Positions 27,320 to 35,800 of a stretch of 64,000 nucleotides of DNA are shown piece after piece. This DNA is from Clostridia bacterium (GTDB lineage: Bacteria > Bacillota > Clostridia > Monoglobales > Monoglobaceae). Positions within the stretch are counted from its first letter, which is position 1. Every line of letters begins with the position of its first letter. Location: assembly GCA_045579055.1 (NCBI GenBank), contig JAZNLK010000136.1, forward strand, positions 10,732-74,731, in the 5' to 3' direction. Below the pieces are notes generated by a model. It was not told the DNA's origin, made no database searches, and worked only from the letters and a program-made list of their open reading frames with translations. Both the position numbers and the translations under genes were made by a program.

Positions 27320-28273
27320 ATGCTTAAAGCACACAATACCAAATCCGAAATTATTATAAACAGCTTTGACGATATGGAAATCACCTACGCCTTCCACGAT
27401 ATTGACGGAACACACTCGCTGATTCGTGAATGGCCGCCGGTTATGAGCATCTGCCTTTATGATGTTATTGCAAACGGCGTCCCCGAAGACTTTGACAGCA
27501 AGGAAAACGAAAAAAGGCTCATTGAGGAATGCGGCAGCAAGGCTTTGCCCGAAACCGACAGATTTTGCATAGAATCCGCAGGACTTTCGGCACTTACCCA
27601 GATGGAATGGGCAATCCGCCGTGCCGTTGAGGAAGGAACAGTTAAAATCAACTGCGATATGGCAACCAACTCCGAGATTATACAGCGAATTTGGAACGGT
27701 GAGGAGATATTTGACGACCTTCCCGAAACAGAGGAAATGAACAAAATGCTTGAAGAAAAAACTCCAAGACTATTCAAGCTCTATGAGGCTGTGCTCAACG
27801 GCTACTGCCGCGACAAAAACCTTGAAAAGGCAAAAAAAGACCCCAAAAGCTTCCAGGTTCCCGGCTCGGTTGAGTTTATGAAGTTTCTCAAGGATAACGG
27901 TGTGAAAAACTACTTTGTTACCGGTGCTGTTGTGGAAAAGGGCATGGGTATGCACGAAGAAGTGGAAGGTCTTGGCTACAAAATCGGTGAAGGTGAGCTT
28001 GTTGAGGACATCTTGGGCTCAACCTGGACCGAAAAGATGCCCAAGGAAATGGTTATGGAAAAACTCCGCAAGGATTTGAACATTGAGGGCAAAAACGTCC
28101 TTGTTGTAGGCGACGGCAGAGCTGAAATTCTTGCAGGTGCAGAAATGGGTGCTCTTGTTATCAGCAGACTTCCAAAGGCGGCAGAATATCAACGCAAGCT
28201 TCACAACGACCTTGGTGCACACATCATTGTGGAAGATTATTTGAGCGAAGAATTATTTAAAATCTTCAAGTGA
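27320..28273 (+). CDS. HAD-superfamily enzyme with a large cap (phosphatase or phosphomutase)
   Basis: Motif I is DIDGTH, motif II is VTGA, and motif IV is VVGDGRAE. The ATG at 27320 has RBS AAGAGG and lies 2 nt after the GH130 stop. The longer ORF start at 27281 overlaps GH130. Confidence 0.65.
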   Translation: MLKAHNTKSEIIINSFDDMEITYAFHDIDGTHSLIREWPPVMSICLYDVIANGVPEDFDSKENEKRLIEECGSKALPETDRFCIESAGLSALTQMEWAIRRAVEEGTVKINCDMATNSEIIQRIWNGEEIFDDLPETEEMNKMLEEKTPRLFKLYEAVLNGYCRDKNLEKAKKDPKSFQVPGSVEFMKFLKDNGVKNYFVTGAVVEKGMGMHEEVEGLGYKIGEGELVEDILGSTWTEKMPKEMVMEKLRKDLNIEGKNVLVVGDGRAEILAGAEMGALVISRLPKAAEYQRKLHNDLGAHIIVEDYLSEELFKIFK

Positions 28274-28280
28274 GGTAATT

Positions 28281-28877
28281 ATGTTAAACGAACTCTTGAT
28301 GCGTTATCCCGTTCTGGATAAATGTAAAGAAGAAATAGAAAATGCTTTAAAACTGATTATTGATACATACAAAAACGGTGGCAAGGTGCTTGTTTGCGGA
28401 AACGGCGGCAGCGCTGCAGACAGCGAGCATATTGTGGGTGAACTGATGAAGGGCTTTATGCTTAAACGAGAAGTCAGGGACGAGAGGATTCCCGAAGATT
28501 TGAGAAAGAATCTTCAAGGTGCTCTGCCTGCAATTTCTCTACCCAGCCAGAGTGCAATACTTTCGGCATTCATAAACGATGTTGAGCCTGATATGATGTA
28601 TGCACAGCTGGTTTACGGATATGCAACCGAAAACGACCTACTCATCTGCCTTTCAACGTCGGGCAATTCAAAAAACTGCGTAAATGCGGCACAGGTTGCA
28701 AAATCCGTCGGTTCAAAGGTATTGTCCCTCACAGGGCAAAACAAAAGTAAGCTGTCTGATATTTCAGATTGCACAGTAAGGGTTCCCGAAACCGAAACCT
28801 TCAAGGTTCAGGAATATCACCTGCCGATTTATCATTACCTTTGTGCAATGACGGAAAAGTATTTTTTCGATAGATAA
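28281..28877 (+). CDS. SIS-domain sugar-phosphate isomerase, GmhA (phosphoheptose isomerase)-like
   Basis: GGKVLVCGNGGSAADSEHIVGEL and LICLSTSGNSKNCVNAAQVAKSVGSKVLSLTG are collinear with GmhA. The length is 198 aa. Confidence 0.8.
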   Translation: MLNELLMRYPVLDKCKEEIENALKLIIDTYKNGGKVLVCGNGGSAADSEHIVGELMKGFMLKREVRDERIPEDLRKNLQGALPAISLPSQSAILSAFINDVEPDMMYAQLVYGYATENDLLICLSTSGNSKNCVNAAQVAKSVGSKVLSLTGQNKSKLSDISDCTVRVPETETFKVQEYHLPIYHYLCAMTEKYFFDR

Positions 28878-28914
28878 ACAGACTAAGGGGGTTGCAGACT
28901 TTGTATACAAACTA

Positions 28915-28977
28915 TCACCCTGAGCATGCCGAAGGGACTTGAAGTCACATGGGCTTCTTCACTGCGTTCAGAATGAC
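28915..28977 (-). repeat. Dispersed imperfect palindromic element, copy 1
   Basis: The minus-strand reading GTCATTCTGAACGCAGTGAAGAAGC...CCCTTCGGCATGCTCAGGGTGA is related to 52886-52975. The arms pair with G-U wobbles only in this orientation. Confidence 0.5.
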
Positions 28978-28988
28978 AAATAGGGTAG

Positions 28989-29024
28989 AAAAAAACCTTG
29001 CAACGTATGGTGCAAGGTTTTTTC
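28989..29024. terminator. Bidirectional terminator between the SIS gene and the DUF4965-like gene
   Basis: Hairpin ACCTTGCA acgtatgg TGCAAGGT (28995-29018), with an A-run before it and a T-run after it. Confidence 0.7.
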
Positions 29025-29027
29025 ATT

Positions 29028-30938
29028 TTATTTATCCAACAAGTTGATAAACAGTCCGCCCACAACCGAACGGCAGAACATTGCACGCAAATATGCGGTT
29101 TTTGTTTCGTACCAGTCCGCAAGGGGAACGCGATCCGTGGTTTCATTTATCATATTCACGATGCTTTCACATATCATATCAAAATATTCTTTGTCATCAT
29201 AAATCCTTGTTGACCACATTTCCCAGTCAATCTTGGTGTAGTCCTTTCTGGAATCCAGCGGAACACCGTAACGGTTGAACTTAGTTTTGTAAAGCTCAAC
29301 TTCACGTTTCTTCACATCTTCCGAGAAGAGATTGAACCCAAGAAGGTTATCCCAAACCATATTATACTTGAGGCTCCATGTGTCAGGCTGGTCAAAGGTA
29401 AGACGAGTTGCAGAATCGTTCTTTGCATCCTCTTCCCACTTCTTTGCATATTCCTTTGCAATCTTCATATAGGATTCATCACCCGACAAAAGAGAATACG
29501 ATGCAATTCCCATAATTGCCTTTACGCTCAGATTACAATTGTGGGGGAAGTGACCTGCAAAGTCGTCGGTACAAAGCTGATTTTCAGGGTTATATCCGTT
29601 TTCAACAAGATAGTCCGCCCACTTTTTCATAAGTGGTGCCGCTTCTTCAAAAAGCTCCTTGTTGCCGCCTGAATATTTCATCACAGCCGCAAGACAAACG
29701 AGCATATTCCCCGCTTCCTCAACGGGCATATGGAGAAGTCCGAAAGCATTTCCGTAGACCTGACCGTTTGCCTTTGGATACTGTCCCACATCATGAGGAG
29801 TGAAATCACTTGTCCACTCGTCTGAAAGGGCGTATTTTATTATAGGTCTCAGCATTCCCAGAACAAGTTCGGGGTTATATTTCAGGAACAACGGAATTGA
29901 AGGATATGTCACGTCCATTGTTCCGATGCAACCGTTTGAGTCGTTCTCCTTTGAGAAGAACAGCAGATTTCCGTCCTCATCCTCAACAAGCTTGTGTGCG
30001 GCAATTGCCTGACGGTATGCGATGGTCAGAATGTTGCGGTAGTTTTCGCCGCCAACCTTTTCTGCCTCAGCCATAAGCTCACCGTCAAATTTGTCACAAA
30101 GAGCCTTGATTTCGTCATATTCCGAAACAGCCGCCCTTGCCATTTCCTCAAAGCTTCCGAAAAACTTTGTGTAATACTCATCAAGAGGTTTATGGAAATA
30201 TTCAATGGGATGAATTTCGTCATATGCAAGGGTTATAACTCCCGAAAGCTCGTTTCCGCAAATCTCCTTTTCAACCGCTACGTATGGCATATCAAGATAT
30301 GCGTTGTATGCCTGATTCATAGGCACAGGGAACACTTTGTCAAGATATTTCGTTCGTTTCAAGATTGCCGGAAACGCATCCTTGTCGCAAAGATGCAGAT
30401 ATCCCCAGTCAATGACCGCATTGTCTCCGGTTTCTGAAAGAGGTTCCTGCTTTGTGTTTCCACAACAAACGGAATAACCGGTCTTTTTGAATTCCACTTC
30501 CCGACAACCGTTGTTGACACAGCCTCTTGAGTTGATACCAAAAACAAATCTGAGCCGTTTTCCTTCAATTGTCGTCTTTCGTTCAATCTTGTATCTCACA
30601 TAGCTGACCGGTCGTGTCATAATGTCAAGTCTGTCAAGCAAAAGAGGAGTTGTGAACTCAAGCTCGGCTTTCACAAAGTCATCTTCGAACTTATACAAGG
30701 AGCTGAGAGGTGTAACCGTCAAACCGGTCTGATAAACCCTCTTTCTTGTTTGCATAAACTCCTGATTTGTGCCAACCATAGCATAGAACATCTCATCAAT
30801 TAAAACCCCCGCCATAATGGGTATGGGTTTTTGCGACCAATGGGTGGTGGGACGGTCGCAAAGACAATCCGCCCCTGACCACACCGAGAAAAATGGGTCA
30901 ACTGTTATAAGTGGAACTGATGTAGGTCTGAATTTCAT
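29028..30938 (-). CDS. Glutaminase-A-like (DUF4964/DUF5127/DUF4965/DUF1793) putative (alpha/alpha)6 glycoside hydrolase, cytoplasmic
   Basis: The N-terminus (FRPTSVPLITVDPFFSVWSGAD) and the overall length and pattern match the glutaminase-like family. There is no signal peptide. RBS GGAG. Confidence 0.65.
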   Translation of the reverse strand: MKFRPTSVPLITVDPFFSVWSGADCLCDRPTTHWSQKPIPIMAGVLIDEMFYAMVGTNQEFMQTRKRVYQTGLTVTPLSSLYKFEDDFVKAELEFTTPLLLDRLDIMTRPVSYVRYKIERKTTIEGKRLRFVFGINSRGCVNNGCREVEFKKTGYSVCCGNTKQEPLSETGDNAVIDWGYLHLCDKDAFPAILKRTKYLDKVFPVPMNQAYNAYLDMPYVAVEKEICGNELSGVITLAYDEIHPIEYFHKPLDEYYTKFFGSFEEMARAAVSEYDEIKALCDKFDGELMAEAEKVGGENYRNILTIAYRQAIAAHKLVEDEDGNLLFFSKENDSNGCIGTMDVTYPSIPLFLKYNPELVLGMLRPIIKYALSDEWTSDFTPHDVGQYPKANGQVYGNAFGLLHMPVEEAGNMLVCLAAVMKYSGGNKELFEEAAPLMKKWADYLVENGYNPENQLCTDDFAGHFPHNCNLSVKAIMGIASYSLLSGDESYMKIAKEYAKKWEEDAKNDSATRLTFDQPDTWSLKYNMVWDNLLGFNLFSEDVKKREVELYKTKFNRYGVPLDSRKDYTKIDWEMWSTRIYDDKEYFDMICESIVNMINETTDRVPLADWYETKTAYLRAMFCRSVVGGLFINLLDK

Positions 30939-31051
30939 ATAATTTCTCCATTTTAAAAAATTTCATTAATAATACATTTACAAAAATTTGAAAGATAAAT
31001 CTCAACCGGCTTTTTACACTTTTCCTGCCGAAAACTCCTTTTTTTATGGCT

Positions 31052-31096
31052 TTATCAAAAAGAGACCAAGGGATTGTACTTGCAAAGTACAATCCC
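31052..31096 (-). terminator. Terminator after the solute-binding protein gene (end of the locus A operon)
   Basis: A 12-bp stem, GGGATTGTACTT gca AAGTACAATCCC (31070-31096), followed on the minus strand by TTGGTCTCTTTTTGAT. Confidence 0.6.
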
Positions 31097-31196
31097 CCAC
31101 CGGCTCTGCCGGATTCCTTTTTTCCGGAAAGATCCTTTGAAATTACCCGTAGCTTTTCATTTTAAACTCTAAAGTCACAGTTCAACAAAAACTGCA

Positions 31197-32810
31197 TTAT
31201 TTGCCTTTGGTAATTTCATCAACAGTTTTCTGATAAACATCATATGTTCTCTGGTTAATTTCCTGCAACTCATCTGCACCAAGATCGTTCAGCTTTTTGA
31301 TGTAACCGTCCCAATCCTTTTCAACATCCGATCTGCCCATAATCCAGTTTGCCTTGTTTCTTTCAACATAGTTGAAAATATCTGTTTGAAGGACAGACAA
31401 TCTGCTGGAATCCTCCGGATCGTAATAGGGTCTGGGCCATGTTTCCTTGTCAATGAACGGTTCATAGAGTGCCCAGAGTTCATCATAAGTACGGAATGCA
31501 TCGCAGTCCTCAATAACCGTGCCACGATCATCTTCCAGACTCAAATAGCCTATCATATGAGGACCGTGTGGTGAATTGTTGTAGTACATTTCGCTGATTG
31601 ATTCATAGCCCTGTTCAGTGGGGTCATTCCACATAAACATATCGCCTTCTTTGTGGAATGTCTCTTTAATCTTTCCGTCTGTGTCAACTTCGCCGTACCA
31701 GTTAGTGATGGTTGCTTCTTTTGAATAGAAGGTATCAAGCCATGCCATTGCAGCCTTGGGGTCATCACAAGCAGATGTGACGTGAGCCATATTTCTTGTG
31801 CCGATTGAACCCGGGTGGATATGCACAATAGGTTTAATCTGACCATCTGCACTTATGGGAGCAATAACTTCATACTGGTCAGCATTAATGCTAAAGGGAT
31901 TTTCCTTGGCAAATGTAACACCAACAACCGGAACTTCTGATGAAAGTCTTGAGTTAAATGTGTTTGACTCAAATGTAAAGCATTCTATATCAAGAAGTCC
32001 TTCTTTGTAAATATCCGCATAGAACTTAATCATTTCTTTCCATTCATCCATCATGGGAGTGAAGTTGACTTTTCCGTTCTGAACATTCAGGTATGAATCA
32101 TACATACCGAATTTTGTTGAAACACCCCAGCATGAAAGAAGTGTTTCGGGATAGTTATATGCACCTTCGTTATAGAAGGTCATAGGGATTTCATCAGCTT
32201 TGCCGTTGCCGTTGGGGTCGCCTGTTTTGAAGGCTTTGAGAACTTCCTTAAGTTCAGGAAGAGTTGTGGGAGCATCAAGCCCAAGCTTGTCAAGCCATGC
32301 TCTGTTTATCCACCAGAAGGTTTCAATAGCTGCCCCCCGTCCGCCGCTATATGAGGGAAGAGCATAAATATGTCCGTCAGGTGATGTTGCAATAGCCTTT
32401 GTTGTGGGTCTTTCCTGGAACATTCTCCAGATATTGGGAGTGTTTTCTTCTGTGATGTAATCTTCCAGAGGAATGAGAACTTCCTGTGCCGCATACTTTG
32501 CAACATCCACATTCTGGAACTGATTTTTTGCGATAATATCGGGATAATCGCCTGATGCCATAATCATCTGAATATCGCCGCCAATCCACTCGATTTCGTA
32601 TTCAGTGTTTGCATCCCATTTGTTCTGATAAAACTCAAAAACATCTTTTGCCTCCGGCTTAGAAGAATAATCGTATCCATAAACCGTAAACTTCTTTACA
32701 CCGCCGTTTGTATTGTTAGATGCGGTTTTCTCTTCGCCGCATCCGCCGAACATAACAGCGATACCTGCTAGCATTGCAACTGCCAGAATTAATGAGATAA
32801 TTCTTTTCAT
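31197..32810 (-). CDS. Extracellular solute-binding lipoprotein (ABC family-1, LplA-like, about 537 aa)
   Basis: Lipobox MFGGC follows the signal peptide MKRIISLILAVAMLAGIAV. The size and pattern match large sugar-binding lipoproteins. An alternative start lies at 32822. Confidence 0.8.
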   Translation of the reverse strand: MKRIISLILAVAMLAGIAVMFGGCGEEKTASNNTNGGVKKFTVYGYDYSSKPEAKDVFEFYQNKWDANTEYEIEWIGGDIQMIMASGDYPDIIAKNQFQNVDVAKYAAQEVLIPLEDYITEENTPNIWRMFQERPTTKAIATSPDGHIYALPSYSGGRGAAIETFWWINRAWLDKLGLDAPTTLPELKEVLKAFKTGDPNGNGKADEIPMTFYNEGAYNYPETLLSCWGVSTKFGMYDSYLNVQNGKVNFTPMMDEWKEMIKFYADIYKEGLLDIECFTFESNTFNSRLSSEVPVVGVTFAKENPFSINADQYEVIAPISADGQIKPIVHIHPGSIGTRNMAHVTSACDDPKAAMAWLDTFYSKEATITNWYGEVDTDGKIKETFHKEGDMFMWNDPTEQGYESISEMYYNNSPHGPHMIGYLSLEDDRGTVIEDCDAFRTYDELWALYEPFIDKETWPRPYYDPEDSSRLSVLQTDIFNYVERNKANWIMGRSDVEKDWDGYIKKLNDLGADELQEINQRTYDVYQKTVDEITKGK

Positions 32811-32841
32811 AACCGTTACCATCCTTTTTTATTTCATATTT

Positions 32842-35800
32842 TTAATTATTTATTTCATTCATATAAACATCTGCTAAAGGAGCATTGTACCAAACAATAT
32901 AGCTGTTCTCCGTTTCGGAAAATTCCTTGCCAAAAGCTTCTGCACAGGCCTTGATGTTGAAATATCCGTTCTTCAGGCAAGCTTCGTCAAAGGTTTTTGT
33001 CTCACCGTTCACGGTGTAACTTGCCGAACCCTCGGTGAACGTCACAACAGCATTACCCATCTTGAAGGTTCCGTTGCCTGCAAATTCTGCTCCGAATACC
33101 TTTGCGATTGTCTCTGCATCATATCCGTCCTGAACGTCAACCGCAGTATTCACGCCGTAAATCACAGCAGTTCCCGATGTTTTGGGCAGAACGCAGCTTG
33201 TTGCCATATGGCTACCTGAGCTTATGCCCCAATTGTATCTGGGATGAATTTCCTCAAAACGTTTCTGGCTTCTTACCTTGTTCTTGTCAATTGCGTAGGT
33301 GATTGAACGTCTTGGTGTGTGCAGGTTGTTCCACTGGATGTAAACCGTATCGCCAAAAACTCTAAGAACGTGGTTACAAGCATCGTAGCTGGGACATTCT
33401 GTTGTTTCATTGAGAGTTGCAACATATTCCCAGGACTGCATTCCGTCATAGCTGACAACAAGAGCAAAACGGTTACGGGGTCTGTGGATATAACGATAGT
33501 CATAAGTTACAGCATCATTCTGCATAATTGCCCAGTAGGTGTTGGGGTCTTCGTTATCACGTTCCACTGCATAAGTACAAAGAGGAGCAATGAGCTGTGA
33601 AGGTCTCCATTCACCAAAGGTCACGCCGTTATCCTTCGAATCAGCATACATAACAAAACCATCGCCCGAACGTGCATACCAACGGATTGTTCCGTCAGGA
33701 AGCTCCACGTGTGAGCTTTCCTGGAAGTTCTGTTCTGTTATCTTTGCATCATTTACCGTTTCGGTAAGATACCAATCCTTGAGGTTGTCTGAATACCATG
33801 TTGTTATCATACCATTGGTTCCGTATTCCGAAATTCCGTAGTCAATACCCAGGAAGACTCTGCCGTTCTTTGCCTGAGTCATACTACCTGTCAACAGAAC
33901 ACGACGACGCCCGTCATCTGCTGATGTATAGCCCATAAACTGCCAGTTTTCGCCGTCATCCTCTGAAACCCAGGCTTCCTGAGGCTTTGACAAATCTCCC
34001 ACACGGATTTCAAGGAGTCTGCCGTCATAGAGACGAAGTCTGTTTTCCGCATATGGTTTTCTTTCTGCCACAAATTCTGACCATGTTTCACCGTTATCTG
34101 TGGTCTTTCTGTAGCCTGTATTTGACTGCCATACGTAAACCGAACCGTCAGCCCTATCACTGATTTCACAAATACCAACCTGGTCAGAAATCACAGCACT
34201 CTTAACTGCTCCGGTCACAGCACAGCGTCCTGTGTATTCAACATTGTCAATAATGGCACTTCCCTCAACGAGACCAATGCCTGTGTAACCATTGAAGGGG
34301 AATACAACATTTTCCTTCTTCACAACGGTTTCGCCATCGCACTTAAGTTCAAAATAGCCTTCCTTTGTCACGAGCTCAAAGTCGTGCCATTCGTCCGGGC
34401 TCAGTGCCTTTCCTTCATAATCAGTACGCGTATTCTGGGGGTAGAAGCCGTATGCGCTCCATTCCTTCAGATACCACTTGCCCTTTACGAAGTCATAGCC
34501 TGCTTTCATATTATACCAGTTCTTGAAGAGGCGTGTTGTCACATAAAAATCCTTGGTGTCGCTTACCTTTGCCTGCCACTTCATAACAACATCGTTGCTC
34601 TGACCGTTCAGCAAATATGTACCGGTTCCCGACAATTCCATTGCACCGCTCTTAATCTTTGCATCAATGCCGCTTTCTTCATCAGGAAGCCAGAAGTCAA
34701 GAGCATCAAGTTCGGTTGTTCCTTCAAAATTCTCGTTATGAGTGAATTTGTCGTTTGTGTTCTTGATTGCAATAAGTGTGGATGCCGAAGGATTGGACAT
34801 TTCTCTTATAAGCCTTGCAGGAGTTGCACTTGTGGGTGCCGCAAAGGAATCCACATACACATTATCGCACCAAACCTGAACAAGACCCTTTGCAACTGTT
34901 ATTCTCCAGTAGCCCGGCTTCACCTCACCGTTGAGTGTGAATTCAGGCTTACCTTTTGCCAACAAAGTCTGAGTGTTGGTCGTGATTTTTCCGTCCTTCA
35001 TAACCAGTTCCACTTTGTAGAAGCCGTCATAGAAGGTGATTGTCTCATCCGATGCGTCAAGCTTGTCGAATTCAATTGAATAGTTGTGCGTAAGATTTGC
35101 AACTGTTCTGCTGTATGCAGGTATCTTTGCCCATCTTTCAGCCATAACTGTTGTCTTCACACCTGTTCCGCCAAGAGCGAAGTTCTGAACTCCGTCGTAT
35201 TTAATCAGGTTTGCAACCTCTGTTTTGGGGAGAAGTGCCGTGAATGCAAGGTGTCCGTTGTAATAAACAATGGCATATCCCGATGTCACATCAACCTTGT
35301 AGTTACCTTTTCCGAGAGCAAATTCTTCTGTGCCATCTTTTGTTACAACAGTAGTTTTGCCGCCGGAATGGTTCAATTTCAGACCAAAGTATCCGTCAGC
35401 AATCTCAACATTGGCATTTTCCGCTGTCACATCATATCCAATGCTGTATTCACGGTCGAATACCGCATTTTGATTGCCGTCGGTCTTTACATTTATGTAT
35501 ACACTGTCGGCTTTGAACTGAGCACCGTTGTTGTTCTTTATAATTGCATAAACCTCAGCAGTTCCTGCCTTAAGAAGCGGGGTGCTGAACACAAAGGGAG
35601 CAACGCTTGCTTCACCGATTTTTTGACCGTCTGTATAATATTCGACAGAAGTCGGCATAACTCCTTCATTTAAAATATCAGTTTCTATACTGAAATTTAC
35701 ATTTTCGCCATAAGTTACCTGGGTTTTGTCTGCTTGTACTTTTGCTTCAAAGCCCTTTACCACGTTTATAATATGTTCAACAGACTTTTTGTCGCCTATA

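Noticed and set aside
28883-29146. ORFs 28883-29146 (minus), and 52686-53084 and 52856-53077 (plus), as small proteins.
   Set aside because: They translate the dispersed palindromic repeat and terminator hairpins. They have no RBS and overlap intergenic structural elements.
33262-33365. Recent gene conversion between A5 and B5 in the 35-aa identical block.
   Set aside because: The nucleotide sequences differ at numerous synonymous sites, for example GCGTAGG versus GCATAAG and GCAGGTTGTT versus GAAGATTATT. The identity is maintained at the protein level, which is purifying selection.
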